From Balamuthia mandrillaris (lineage: Eukaryota), in assembly GCA_031835245.2 (NCBI GenBank), contig JAVKOQ020000027.1:62001-126000 (forward strand): a stretch of DNA of 64,000 bases. The letters run 5' to 3'. The notes under the pieces are model-generated. The model was not told the DNA's origin, did no database searches, and worked only from the letters and a program-made list of their open reading frames with translations. This document shows positions 35,675 through 49,644 of this stretch, in pieces. Positions within the stretch are counted from its first letter, which is position 1; each line of letters starts with the position of its first letter. The position numbers and the translations under genes are program-made.

Positions 35675-38600
35675 TTACTCGGCAGAACCCGAACCCTCCT
35701 CTTCCTCCAAAGGAGGACTGCTCAGAGAGGCCAGAACCTCACTGACTTGCTGCAGAATTTCTCTCTTTCCAGGCGTTTCGTCGGAGCTGTCCTCTGCCCA
35801 GTTGGAAAAAGTGTCGGGATAGACTACCCCTGTCTCGTGCAAATAGCTGAACGCTCTGCTGGCTAGACCTGTACACAGGTTTTAAATGTTAGGAAATGCA
35901 AAAACAAAAACAAAAAACAAAAAGAGAATGGGAACAAGATAGGCCATCAGGGTTTGCTTGTTTGTCAGCACTTCAATGCTCAGGTCTCAAAGATTAATGG
36001 AACATCTGCTGGCCACAGAGCAGAAAGAGAGAAGGGGCAATACCTTCGGGGAAGTCTTTATCGAAACAAAACTGCTGAACGGCGAACAAGCCTCCCAATT
36101 GGGCGCTGTCATCGGGCATTACCAACTTCAGAACCGGAGACAAGGCCAAATAGAATTCTCTCTCTTCGGTCAAGGTCTCGGGTGCGGGAACACCGCCTCG
36201 GGCTACTCCTGTCTTGTTGGCAATGTGATCCAGCACAACACTCATTACAGAACGCGCGAGCTCTTCTGTGCCTATTTCATCGGAAAGATTTCGCTGCAAT
36301 AAAGATTTGTGTTTAGCCGACCTCGTACACAAAACAAGCAAACAAACAAGACCAACCTTGAGCCATGCCACAATGGAATCAACGCTGGCTCCCTCTGCTA
36401 ACATGTTCGTAACCTTTGTGCCTGTAACCCGCATCGGGAACAAACGGCCCAAGTTCTAAAAAAAAAAGAAGATAAAGAATACAGAGATAAGTACATTCAT
36501 TTGAAACAAATCACATAAGAGCAACACGGGTACATTTTTCTCGACCCATTGTGCGATGTGACTGTCACCACGCTTGGCAGGTGCGAAGAAATCAGTGAGG
36601 TTGAGGTTGGCTGCCCGCCAGGTATCTTGCGCCTCCGAAGCACTCTGTTCATTTTTTGAGAGACATTAAAAAAAATAGAGCAAGGGCTTAGTAATGAAGA
36701 GAAGATAAATACCGTTTCATCACTCAGATGTCCAAGGACGGATGCCAACACAGTTTCAGCGAGGCCGATGGGTACCAGCTCCTCTAACCCTGTTTTCAGG
36801 TAAGAGAGATCAAAGCACTCATCGAGAATAGCGGTGGCCAAGAAGGTTCCAACTATCTTGGGTGCTAAGGGGGCATCCACCGTGATGTCCGGTAACTCCG
36901 CCAACACCAAACCAAAACTGAGTGGTGATGATGTGGTTGTTAATTGTTGGAGCTACAATTAGGCAAACAAAGTGCAAAACAAAAAACATACCCTTCCTCG
37001 AATTGGGCCGGGCTGAGGACGTCGTTCTTCCGTAGTTCACCGAAGAGCTTTTGCGTGAGGTAACGATCATCTTCCTTCTTGTCAACAGACATAACGATAG
37101 CAAAGCGGATAAACTCTGGGTAGTAGGAAGAATCCAATTCCTGAACGCATTGTACTGCCTCAGCTTCGTCGTTGGTGTCGAAATATTCCATGAGTAACAT
37201 GTTGGCTTCTTTTTCTAGCTCTTCCTTGGGTGGGGCTGCCTTTTCTGGAGGAGGCGAGACTGAAGTTTTCTATTTGAGAGATTGAGGAAGGGAGGGAATA
37301 AACGTAAGCTTTAGCCCACAGTCAACAACAGCGCCGTAGAGAAAAAAAAACGAACCTTGGGAGAGGGCTCCCTTTTTGATGAACGACGGGTAGGTACATA
37401 TTCAGCTCCTGGCGAGGCTGATCCTGCCAATGCGCTGTAGTATTATTTAAAAACAAGGTAAAGAAAATATTCTTCACTTTTTTGGTCTGAAAAAAAACGA
37501 TAAAGAAAATAGACATACCTAAACATGTTTCCTTTGGTAACGGGTTCTGGCGCTGCACGTCCCCTACCTGCTGGTCCAGTACTGCTCTTTCTGTCTGGCT
37601 GCCACCCTTTGGCTCCCTTGGACACTGATGTGATGGGTCCCATCCGACTATTAGGCCCCAACACCAATGGTTCGTCTTGTGCCTGCATAAGGTGGAGTAA
37701 AATACGAAAATGAGCAGACCAACAACATGAGAAAGGCAACAAAATGAAAAAGGAGCTCGTACAGAGTCAGCAACTTTCTTGGAACCGACGGTCTCCCAGC
37801 CTTCTGTCGAAGCAGAGCGAGCTGATGACGATGCACCAGCAGGTCCAGCAGTAACTCCAGCAGCAGAGGCCTTTGGCCCGACAACAGCGGGCTTGTTGGG
37901 CCGTCCAACAGGGTTAGTTGCTCTGGTGGCTTTGGGATTTTTGGGATCATTAGCCTTCTTGGAGACCCACCTATTGGCACGCAAGTCGATTACGTCCTGC
38001 AGCATGAATCGCAGGCGCGATGGCAACTTCTTGTCCTGAGCCAACGTTTTCATGCGTCTAAAATAGGCATCCATGTGAGAGCCGGCCTTGGCGGTATCCA
38101 GAACCTTGCCTATGGTAGTCATCAATTTGCAAAGGGCCTCGATGTCTCCCTCCACAGGGTTTTTGATGTCACCCAGCAACCTCCGGAAGATGCACTCGTG
38201 CATAATCCTATCCGTGAGCATATGCTCCTTATAAAGCTCGCCGATAAACACAATGTTACCGATCATCCGCTTCTTTTGTTTGATCTCCTCCAATTCGGCT
38301 TCTTCGGGGGTCTTGGCCTTGATCTCTTTGTCTTGAGGCTTTAACTCGAACTCCTCCTGGCATTTGTTGAGCAGAATTCTCTTGAATACGTTTTGTGGTT
38401 TGCCTCCAGCCGTCTTCGGTTGATCCTCGAATTGAGGGCAATGGCGGTCCAGCACACGACAAAGAAGCGCGTACATAGTACAAAAGCCGGGCTCGGCGAG
38501 AGCCTTGTCGAAGATCGTTCCTATCACTTTCTTCAACATGCCAATGGTCTTGACGTCTGCTTTCATAACGTCGACAATCTCTTTACTCAAAGGCTCAAAC

Positions 38601-41600
38601 TTCTCTTCTGTCAACTTGTTAAGAGCCAACCTAAACTTCTTGATGGTGACCTCTGACTCATCTGCTTCTTTCAACCGTCTGCTTGGCCGCCATACGCCTT
38701 CAGCCGGCTCTGGTATAGGTACCTAGTTATTGCAGCAAAATTTAAGTAATTGGGTATCTGCAACGGTAAACAATTAAAAAAGGAAGTGGGAATATACCAA
38801 TGGTAGTTCAGGTCCTTTGCCTGGCATCTTTCCTTTGCCTCCAGGCATGCGCTGATGCCCTCGCATCGGCATGCCAGGTGGTTGCTTAGGTGTGGGAAGA
38901 CAACATTTAGAATACTGAAACCTTAATAAAAACAGAAAAGCATGAACTAACCCTAAGGCCAGGAGGAGGCATTACCATGCCTCTACCACCAGGACCACCT
39001 TGGAAACCACTATTGTAACGATAACACATCGATTAATGTCTAAACGAAAACACGAAAGAGCATAGAGAGAGAGAGAGAATGAGAAGTACCCAAATCGAGG
39101 GTGGACCATGGCTCCTCCACGAGCTCCGCCTCTAGGCGAGAAGGTTCCTCCAGCAGGACCACGGTTCCACTGCTGTTGTTGTGGGCCGCCTTTTGTCCTA
39201 GGCGACACGCCGCCGCCAGGGGCACCACCAGATTTCCTATCGTCACCCAAAATAACCTCAATGGATGGAAGGCCTGGTGGTTTATCTCGGCAAAGCTGCA
39301 AATTAAATAAAAGAGGTTAACCTCTCTGCAGCTCAAACAAAAAGATGATGTGGCAGAGGATGTAAAGCTTACCTGCTGGAACTGAAGCAAGAAGTCGCGG
39401 GCATACATCTTTTTACCAGTGGGATTGCTGGGGCTCCAGGCACTACCTGCTCCGCTTTCATCATCTTTGGTTGACGAGCTGAAGGTCCATGAGCCCTGTT
39501 TTCGTTGTGTTGGGCGATTGATTAATATATCTTCTGACGAAAAAAGTGTTTTTACGCGTTTATCATGATTTTAATTTTACCCCAAAGTTTGGTCTAAGAG
39601 AAATGTCTGCCGGTTTTTCCAGAGAAAGGTCCTCCTTCTCTGCTTTGGCTTCCCAATCATCTTCCTCGTCCTAACGCCACAACAAGATTAGCAATCGTGC
39701 CACATTCTTGATTTAAGTTATAAGTGGCGTACCTCTTCCTCAGTGGCTTCCTGTGATTCCTCTGGTGCCACTTCTTTGTTTACAAAGAGAATGAGTGACT
39801 CCACTACAAACGGGAGAAAAAACCGTAAAAAGTGGTACCTTGCTCTGCGCCCTTGGGTTCGGGCTGCTGCTTTTCTTCTTCTTTTTCTTTGTTAACGGGT
39901 TGTTCGGGCTCTTTGTTAGCTTGTTTCTCTTCTGTCTTTGGTTGTGCTTCTTTCTCTTCGGTTTGGCCAGAACTTTTTTGTTCCTCCTTTAGTGGCTCTG
40001 CCGCGGTGCTAGGCGTTTCGTCAGCACCGCCTTTCTGCATCGCTTTTCTTTGTGCCGGGGTGAGGTATGTTCCTGATGATTTCTTAGTGATTTCCCTGCG
40101 CTGTAGGTCTGAAACCTCTTTCGTTTCCTGTGACTGTCCCTCTTCAGTGGTAGGAGATGGAGCTTCAGGCTTCGAAGCGGGTGTGATTTCATGTGTGGAA
40201 GGTGTGGATGACAGCACAGGTTCAGCGGATGATGGTGTGGTGGCTGATGGTTCGGAGGCCGTAGAGGGAGAAGGCGCCAACTCAGTCGGTGTACTGGGAG
40301 TAAATGGTTCTTTTGCAGGAACCTGTTCTGAGGCGGGTTTTTCCGATTCACCTGTTTCCGTGACACTAACCGGGATCGTTTCAGCCTCTTCAGGAGAAGC
40401 ATCGCTTGTCTCTGGTCCTTGGTCCGACTTAGCTGCCATTTGGCTCGAAGTGGGTGTTGTTGAGCTTTCTGGTGCTCCGTTACTCGTAGAGGAAGATTGT
40501 TGCGCAGCCTTCATGGCAGGAGAGACAATCTGCAGCTTTTTGCTTCCTTGTGGTGGCACAGGAGAAGCTGCCGGTGGCTCTCTCTCTGCTGGAGGTGGTG
40601 CTGCTGCTGCAGTTGCCGCTCGTCCAATAACCTGCTGTCCAGTAGAAGGATTGAAGATGGGGATGGCTCGGCTCACTCTGCGAGGTTGATAGGCTACCGG
40701 CTGGGAAAGGTGTGATCCACCCACTGCAGCTGGGTGTTGATAGGGACCGTAGGGTTGAGCGACAGGAGGGCGTTGCATTTGCTGAGGAACTGGATGTTGG
40801 AGGTGTGGTGGTACTCCAACGCCAACACCAGGCACTACTCCAGGCACAGCCATGCCAGGCATTCCCATCGAGTGAGGTATTTGAGCGGCACTATGGGCAG
40901 GGGGCCTAAATGTTTGCGGGTGAGGTCCGCGTTGAACTTGTTGGGGCGAAGTGGATGCCTGTGCTTGTTGCGGAGGGGGTTGTTGTTGTCCTGGCTGTTG
41001 TGTTTGTTGCTGAGGTTGTGGTTGCTGTGTTTGTTGCTGCTGTGTCTGTTGGGGTTGTGCAGGGACATGGGAATTTGTTGGTTGCATGTGAGGATAAGGA
41101 GGATGCCCCATGGGATTTTGCTGATAGTATGCTGTTGGCTACATCGGTAAAGAGTGTTGAGAAAGTTCATTAGTAATTGAGCTGAATAACAAACATAATA
41201 AAAGCACATACGTATCCGTAAGGAGGTTTGAAGGGCCGGAAAAGTCGCGGTTGCTCCCTTTGTTCTTTGAGATTTGGAGGGGCAGATTGTACTCGAGGTG
41301 GTACCATGGTTCGACCCTAATATCATCAACAGGAGTTCGGGTTAAGGATATAATTGAAAACATTAACGATTAAACGAAATGAGACGAAGAAAGTTTAACG
41401 AAACAATAAACACTACAAAACTAGAGACAAAGACTTACCTGTCCATTAGGAAGAAAGTTGACTCCGGCAGCAGGACCTATAGATGGAAATTGAGTGCAAA
41501 TATGAGATAACCACCATTTCATGTGAGAGGAGGAAATATATACGTTGAGGTGTGACACTGGTAGGGCCACGGAGCGGATGGTTGCTCTCACCGTTCGAAG

Positions 41601-42319
41601 TCGCCGGAGTGGGTGTTGTTGTGCTGCTGATTGTGGGGGAGGCGGTGGTTACAGCAGGAGCTGTAGCAGATCCTAGTGCAGGAGCTGTTTGTTGACTAGC
41701 GCTTGTTGTCGGACTCATGCCAACAGCTGCAGCGGCAGCGGCAGCAAAGGAGGGGGCAGGAGTCGAAGTTGGAGGTGTTGTTGGTGCTGAGACAGTGGTA
41801 GGTAAAGAGGAGGTGGCAGGAGAGGCGGGTGGGGAGGGCGCCTTTTGTTGTGTTGGGCCGGGCTCGGTTTTTGGAAGCACAGGCATAGACTCGGCCCTAG
41901 CTTTTTGGGCATAGGTAACCTCCGGTTGATGCTGGGGAGCTTGTCTAGTAGGTTGCTGTTGCTCGGTATTGGTTTGGGGACCTTGACTACGGCTAGGTCC
42001 TCCTGTTCGAACGATCAAGATTAGAACCAAACATAAACGGATGCATCAGACATGAGAAAACGTACTGTGAGAGTATGAAGACTGTTGAGTTCCGGACGTC
42101 ACGTGTCTTCTGCCGCTAACAGCAAACTAGGTTGTGAGCGGAAATAAAGTCCATCAAGAGAGAGAGAGAGAAGAGAGAGGGAGGGAGAGAGAATGAACGG
42201 AAAAAAGGTGAAAGAACTAACTGTTGTTGTGAGGGTGAGACCTTAGAGCTGCCACCTCTGCCATGGCGTCGTCCTTTGGCCTTGTACTGTCCGTCATGCT
42301 TGGGTTCCCTTGTAGACAT
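35675..42319 (-). CDS. EIF4G: Translation initiation factor eIF4G, multi-exon
   Basis: eIF4E-binding motif YARDFLL, MIF4G domain (LNKLTEEKF, IFDKALAEPGFCTMYA, GNIVFIGELYK), MA3 domain (DITVDAPLAP) and a C-terminal W2-like domain. Confidence 0.92.
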
Positions 42320-43127
42320 GGGGTTTCGTACAATAGAAACGTAGAAGTAGGTAGAAAATAAATAAGCCTGCGTGCGCAAGTTTGAATGTGTTAGAGTAAA
42401 AGAGTTTTTGAGAAAAGAAGCATAGTTAGTGTTTTGTGTTCTTCTAGTTTACAAATGTTTGCTTGGCGTGATGCGGAAGAAAGGGAGAGAGGAACAAGGT
42501 TCTTGGATCGAGTTAACCGAACCCATTCAGAAGATATAAGAATAAAGAAGGAAAAAGCCAGAACGCACCAAGAGAAGGCAAATAAGCACTACCACACTAC
42601 ACCAATAGCAAAAGCAAAAAAAGAAAAGGGATCAGGCCACACAGTGGTGAGAGAGGGAACCCAAGAAAACCTCAAATAAAAAAAAGCAAAGAACTGGCGA
42701 GAAAGGGACAGGAACTGACCTGGGCTCACTGCTTTACAACAAAGCAGGCTCGGCACAGAGCGAGTAGTAGTAAAGAACCAACCGAGTAGGAAGGGGGACG
42801 ACGTGCACTGCTGTCCGCCTGTCTCAAAGTTGGTTCAACAACAAACAAAGAAAAAAAAGGGTAAAGCTAGCCGCAGCGCAGCGCACCAAAAATGGGTGCA
42901 GCAGGGAAGAAACGGGGAAAGAGTGGAAATTTCTCCTGCCTGAGGAGTATTGCTGCTCACCATGGGCAAAGGAAAAACCGTGTGGAGGGCCAAGGGAGCA
43001 CCCCACCAAATTGGGAGCACCCCACCAAAACTCAACACCCACAAGCAGCTCACATTGTCACCAAAACAAAGGGGCAAATCAACAACAACAGGAGCGAATA
43101 AAAGCGGAAGAAGGAATGAACAGAAGG

Positions 43128-43174
<47 letters not shown>

Positions 43175-43286
43175 CACGAACAGAAGGGAGAAGATAGAGA
43201 GAGACAAGTCTAGCGCAAAATGATTAGGGGAGGCCAACAAAAATACCGAGGGCGTTGTTGCTGCTTTGTTAGAACGAAAAAACAAT

Positions 43287-44066
43287 TTACTGAGCAGAAG
43301 CGGGGGCGTGAAGGCGTTGCTTAGCAAGCTGCTTCTTGGAAAGCTTCTTGGGGGTCTTTTCAGCAGACTTGGGTACGGGAGTTTCCTTTTCAGAGACAAT
43401 CAACTCAATGTGGCAAGGGCTAGACATGTAGGCTGCATAGTGGGGAAAAGATAATACTTCAGCACAGAGACACCAACTCAAAGAAAAGTACAAAGGTCAC
43501 GTACGATTGATTCTGCCATGAGCCCTGTATGTCCTTCTCCTTTGCTTCTGAGCCTGGTTGACCTGGATCCAGCTTACGAAAAGAGAATCTATGTCCAAAC
43601 CCTTGGCCTGTAACCGAGAGCGACAGCATGAGTTACCAAAGGCAAAATGAGGGCAAGAAAAAAGAGGAATGACGACGCTACCTCGGCGTTGCTCTCAGCG
43701 TTCCTCAACAAGTTAAGAAGGAACTCGCAAGACTTCTTGGGCCAGCGGGCTTGAGTGGCCAAGTGGTGAGCCTTGGCTTGAGCGTGCCTGCCGACACCAC
43801 CGTTGAACCGCCTGAAAGGCACGGCTTGCTTGTGCTCAAGAACGTCGTTCAAGAACTTCTCCGCTTTCCTCAAGGGCAAGCCAGAAATAGCTTGAGCGGT
43901 TTCGCGGGTGTTCTTGAAGTGAACACGAAGGTCGGATCCCTTGGCCTTGGCGGCTGATGGCAAAAAAAAACAGTTAGAAACAAACTGATCCCAGCCACTA
44001 GTTGCTCACTAATCCCGTACATTTGGAAGGGTTTTCTGGTTCTTTGGCGTACTTCTTGGCAGGCAT
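43287..44066 (-). CDS. RPL17: 60S ribosomal protein L17 (uL22), multi-exon
   Basis: [39 protein letters not shown] and [10 protein letters not shown]. Confidence 0.97.
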
Positions 44067-44509
44067 TGTGACTTTAGCGCCCCGGCAGTCTTTTCGATTC
44101 TGGCAGCAACTCCAACGCGGTCACGCGGATGTATGGATGTCTAAGTGTGAGAGGGAAAAAAGAAGGGAAGGATGAGGATGCGAGAAACTGCTTCCCGTCG
44201 GTTCAGAAACCCTCGAGTTAATGTCGACAGAAATTAACGCTGGAAAAAAAAAAAAACAACAACACGCGGCTGCTTTCTTGGGTCAAAAAAGATAAAGAGA
44301 CATGTGTACAAAATAAATGTTTTTAAAAAACTGGATGGCAGTGGGGGGGGGCTGAAGGAGCATAAGAATGAAGAGAGAAGGCTGTCCCTCCTTTCCTCCC
44401 GCCTGATAAAAATGAGACACCGTTACAAACAAAAAAAAAAAACAAAGAATCTTTGGCAAAAGGCTGCATGGTGGAAGTGGATTAGATAGGTATTAGTTGT
44501 GGATCCCAT

Positions 44510-45883
44510 TTAAGTTGAAGCCTCGCTAGCATCCTCTTTCTTGGTGGCCCATGACACCCATTCGTCCAAAATGGTAGGCCCTGCATATTAAACGAGGGAC
44601 GTGGTTATTTTTTGCTTATGGAACGAAGAAAGAAGAAGAGAAGAAAAACCACAAGAAAGAGAAGCCAAAGGAGAGATAGAAAGAACGAACGCCTAGAAGA
44701 AGGAAGGAGGGAGTCGACAACAGAGAATACGTACATGCTCCATTCTCGTCGTAGTTAGAGAAGTCCTCTTTGATGGTTTTACAAAACTCCAAAAGGCTTG
44801 CCCATTGGTCACCGTTTAGTCCTTTATAGCTGTCTTGCTGTAAATATGTTTTTAAAAGCCAGAAAGTTAGAGAATTTCTCAGCCTCTAGCAAAGATCAAC
44901 ATGAAATTGTTACCTCTTTTAGGTAAGCAACAAAGGATTTGGCCAGCGGATAGCGAGGGGCAAGTATTATGTCCAGCATTCCTATAGCCATGTCCATGTC
45001 TTTGAAATGAAGCAGTAGAAAGAAAGAAAGAAAGCTTAAGTACGATGAACAGAGATCTCCTTACAAATAATAAACTCACCCAAGCATTTTTGTTCTGCCT
45101 CTTTTGCAAAAGTGAAAACAAACCGATAGATGTTTTTGAAAAGCTCCGGCTCAGACAGCTCGTCTCTCAGTTTTGGCATTTTCTCTTTGATCTTTTCTAC
45201 TGAGTCGCACCTAGCGTATGCATACATAGATTCGTTTAGAACTCTTGTTTGTTTTTTTTTTTCCACGACGAATGAAGGACAAGGAAGATGCAACGTACCC
45301 CAACTTCTTGAAGCCCGTCAGGAACTCATCTTTGTAAAAATAGCCCATTTCAGTGGCGTCAAGGTGGTAGGCTAGGACCAACATTACCACCTTGCAATAA
45401 AACAGGTGAGTTGGATAAAAAAAGAAGGGGACATGAAATAAACATACATCGTCTGGGTTCACGCCAATATCTTTGCAAAAGTTCTCGATGCCATTTGGCC
45501 CAATGGCGTCCTCTTCGTCCTTGTACTTGTTGAAAATAGACTCTAGTCGTTTGTCTGAAAACGTACTCTCAGGAGTCTAAGTTTAACCAAAGTGAAACAT
45601 CAGTGCGTTGCATTTGGAGTTGAGTTTTTTTCAAAAAAAAAAAATGAAAAACGAACCTTTGTGGAACGGGGTGTGGAGTTGCTGTGTTGAAGAAAAAGTA
45701 AAGTCGTTAGAAAAGGAGTTTTGGTTATAAAGAGGTTCGAAGTCGGTGAACCTACTTGGATTGGCTCGAAGTTTTGGAGGGCTTGGCGCCTTGATTGGCT
45801 TGGGTGTTGTAGTTTGGTGTGGCACTGGTGGTTGGTTGGACAGGTTTGGTTGGCTTCGATTTCTTCCTGTTGCTGTTTCCCAT
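44510..45883 (-). CDS. DCN1-like cullin neddylation protein with N-terminal MG acylation motif
   Basis: IGPNGIENFCKDIGVNPDD, FKNIYRFVFTFAKE and NYDENGAWPTILDEWV. Confidence 0.9.
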
Positions 45884-45961
45884 CGTTCGTTTTACCCTAA
45901 CTAACCAGCCACCACTACTTCAAAAAAAAAAAAAAAAAGACTAGACTATAAATCCACCACC

Positions 45962-46094
45962 TACTACGTGGTGCAATCAGAAGTGCAAAGGTTTTTTTTG
46001 GGACTTCTCTTCAAACACTTGGCTGCTCCTTTTTTTTCTTTGCGTTGCCTAATGTCGACAAGCAAAAGCCGTAGGTTCGATTCTTGCCATAGGT
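45962..46094 (+). pseudogene. Degenerate split tRNA-like element (A box plus T-arm/B box)
   Basis: A-box-like TGGTGCAATCAG at 45969-45980 and T-arm GTAGG-TTCGATT-CTTGC containing the B box at 46074-46083. The 3' acceptor-like CATAGGT is followed by T-runs, and internal T-runs argue against an intact tRNA. Confidence 0.45.
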
Positions 46095-46184
46095 ACATTT
46101 GTTTTTTCTTCTTCTTTTTGAATATTTTTTTTTTTGGCTGTGGTGTTTTGTCGCTACGGGATTCAAGGGGAGGAAACGAACGAG

Positions 46185-48151
46185 TCAACTGTTGAGCAGC
46201 TCGAGAACCTTACGCACATGCTGCGTCACAGAGTTGGCAAGAGATTGGCTGCTTGTCACGAGCTGCTCCAGAGGATGTGGAAAAGGCTCCAAGTCCTTCA
46301 ACGCCTTGTTGGCATGGATGGCCTGGTTGTAGGCCTCCGCCTTGCCCCAAGCGTCAAACAGTCGGAGCATGTCGTCCACGTCCTCCAAGAAGGCTAGTTG
46401 CTTGTTTCGGTCAGAGGAACTGAGCACGAAACTTGAGGGAGCAGCTGGCGCTCCCCCTTCTCTTCCTCTTCCACCCGAGGAAAGCCCAGCATCACTAGGC
46501 GAAGGGGAAGGAGAAGGGATGGAGGAGGTGTCTTTGGTGGAGATTGGAGAGGGCGTAAAGTGGTTACTTCCAGAGGTCACACCGGCAGAGTTAGGGGAGG
46601 GAGAAGGGCTAGTTGGGGTGGGGCTGGCTTCGCGCAAGGTTTTGTACAGATCGTCACGCATCCGCCTAAGGTGCTCTCGTTTCAACGCTATGACGCGTGC
46701 AAACGCCACTCCCATACATTTGTAACTGCGTTGCAACAACAAAACAAAAATTACTTGGTAAGATACGACCGGCTAAACAGAAAGATAGCACAGAGCGAAC
46801 ACAAACCAAAGGTAAGCCCTACATCGGTCCTTTTGTTCGGCGCTTATCCGGCCACAGCGTTCGAAAAACTTAGCGGTTTGTTTGTATACAATAGCAGCGC
46901 TTTTGATGCCTGCTTGGTTGCCGCCAGCTTCTCTCTGCCATAACGCAAAAGGAGATAAAATATCAAAATTAAATGCAAGAACACATAGCTGGTAGTTGGG
47001 ATAGTTCTTTATGGGTTACTTCACCTCTAGCTCGTGGCAATGCTCCAAGAATTTGAGACCTGACTCCAAGTACAAGTCCAAAGCTTCTTTTTTCTCGTCC
47101 TGAGAGATACACAAAGCGAAACAGATGTCAGCACGACTAAGTGGAGGATGGGAGAGGAGAGAGCAAACATTTTTCATTTGAGAGTCCGCAATGCGCTTCA
47201 ATTGAATAGCTTCTTGTTGTAAAGCTGCGGACCGTAAAGCCGTTTTTCTATGAAACATATTAAAAACACAAAAAATAAAAAAAATTACAAATGTTAACCT
47301 AGAAAGAGGACAACGGAGTGTTGGAGAAGGAGGAACACACCTGCTGCCATCATCTTTGTTGGAAGCTCTAGCTGTAGCACTTGGAGAGGCGGTGGCCTTG
47401 GTGGGATTATTTACATTGCTCGCCTCGCCACCAGAAGAAGACTGCCGCTTTGTGTCAGGGCTCCTCTCCTTTGAATTATACAGGCGCCTCTCCCTGTCGT
47501 CGCTCTTCTTTTGCCGTTTTCCGGTATTACGGTCGCGCTCTGACTCACTGGAAATTTTTCCATTGGACCGATCCTTTTCGGCCATCCTACTTTCTCGTCT
47601 CGACTTACTTCTGGGCTTATCCTGTTCACTTGGTTCGTTACCTTTGCTTCTCGTCCTCCCTGGAGAAGGCGACACACTTTTCACCGTTTCCTTTTCTTTT
47701 TCTTTCCCTCTTCCCTCTTTATCTTTTCGTTTGTCCTTTCTTTTTTGTGTTGCTCGGCCAATCGAACTTGTTGTTTCAGACTCTGCGGTTTTCTTAGTTG
47801 AGTCTTCTTGCCGTTTGCTTTTGGTTATTTGAATCTCATCCTCGCTACTATCGCTTGATGAACTGATGCCACTATCGCTGCTGCTTTCACTACTGCTACT
47901 GCCACTGCTCCTTCGTAACCTGCTATCCACTTTCTGTCTCTTGGAAGAAGTGAGAGTGTCTTGCTCCTTAGATGTTTCTTTGTGTGCTCGTTTTCTTCTG
48001 TTCGTGTTATTTAATTCCTCCACTCCAAATGCTTTGAAGCTCTCCAAGTTGTCCAGCGATGGTGGAGGGGACATTAACGGGGTAACGGGTTGCACCATCA
48101 CCTGTCCAACGGAGAAAAAGAATCAGCACGATGAAAAAAAAAGGAGTTCGA

Positions 48152-48195
<44 letters not shown>

Positions 48196-49122
48196 AGAAG
48201 AGAGAGACCTTAAGGAGGGCCAGTACAGGAGGCGTCAATGGGGCTGGTTCATAATCCTGATTTGCAAAGGAATGAAATGGAATGGAAAGCTTCAGCCAGG
48301 CTCTTAAAACTGAAAATAGAAGGAACCCGGCAAGTATGACAGACCTTTTTGAGGTTAGGAGAGCGCTTGGGACTATCTGCACTGCCGCCACTAGTTATCG
48401 GAGTTCCCCCACGCGAGCTCTTTTTCTTAGCAGCACTAGGCGAGGGGGAAGGCGAAGTAGAGGAGGACGAAGAAGCGTCTCTGCAATTACAAAAGAGGAC
48501 CCAAGACAAGACAAGGTACAGGTGATATTACCTGGTTACATATCTTGAAGGAGAAAAAGAAGAGCAATGAAGGTTGGTCACAAACCTGGACCTGCTTCGA
48601 CGGGAAGAACTGCTGGTGCTATACCTGCGACCATCTCCTCGTTGTGAGGAAGAAGAAGCAGAAGCAGAGCTTCTGCTTGAAGACCTTCCACTACCAGCGG
48701 TTGCAGCAGAGGAAGGAGAGGAGCGCAAAGCCGTACCGTGAGAGGAAGAAGACTGGCGCCTGTGTGACTTGGTGGGGATGTCTGGAAAGAAAGTCAATTG
48801 GTGCTCCTTAGGGTAGAAAGTGCCATAGGGGTCGTGGTTTCCGTCGATTCTGGTCTTCTTGAGATGAGGTTTTAGACGGCGAAAACGCTCCTCCCAGGAT
48901 GTTTCCAGCACGTTTCTGGTCTCGCTTGGCTGCACACTGGCTGTCATGACTTGCCCAACAAACCGCTGTTGGAAAACACCCTTTTTCTTTTTGTTTGTTT
49001 CAGTGGTTTCGTTTCTGTATATTCTTTGGTGAAAGCCTTTTATATTTGTAACAAGATAAAACATCACAGTGAGGTGAGAGAGTTGGTTTTTTCAAACGAG
49101 ACAGTTTCTTTTTCATGGGCAT
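46185..49122 (-). CDS. AF4/FMR2 (AFF)-like protein with a long Ser/Lys-rich disordered region and C-terminal homology domain
   Basis: QEAIQLKRIAD..EALDLYLESGLKFLE..LYKQTAKLFE..YKCMGVAFARVIALKRE resembles the AF4 C-terminal homology domain. The start is tentative. Confidence 0.6.
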
Positions 49123-49644
49123 GGTACGCACCAGTTGAGATTAATCTTCGTCTTCTTTTTATTTTTGTTCCCACGGAAGTGAGGCACAAATAACAATCGC
49201 CACAAGAGGCTATCCCTTAATCATACCCTTTGATTTCGTTTGTACAACACCAACGCACAAAAAAAAAAATAAATAAATAAAATAGCACGGTCACAAAAAA
49301 AAAATAAAAGTTTTAAATCAAACGCCTCTCTCCTGTTGCTCCTTGCTACAGTTTTTGATTTTGTTTTTTTTTTTGGTAGCAGATGTTGTTGTTGCTGTTG
49401 GTTGGGTTCAACACCACCACACAACCACCAAAGTTGCTTTTCTTTCCTTTTCCCCTTTTCTCTTTCCTCCACCACCACAAACAAAACAAAAAAACAAAAC
49501 CGGTCACTCTGCTCTGCCGTCGAACGAGATAGCAAGGGGCGCGTTAAATTCGAAGAAAAACATTTAGGTTAGGGTTTGGGGTTTGGGGTTTCATCGTTTG
49601 GGTTTTTTTCTGATTTTTCTGTGTTTATTCCGTTATTCGCGTCG

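Noticed and set aside
41341..41352. ATATCCTTAAC (U12-like donor/branch motif) on the minus strand in eIF4G
   Set aside because: It lies inside an intron with a canonical GTAAGT donor and AG acceptor that already restores the frame, so the intron is U2-type.
43287..44260. Intronic snoRNA in RPL17, as seen in vertebrates
   Set aside because: The introns are short and I found no convincing C/D or H/ACA box arrangement.
49564..49590. TTAGGTTAGGGTTTGGGGTTTGGGG telomere-like run
   Set aside because: Too short and degenerate to be an interstitial telomere. At most it is a telo-box-like promoter motif.
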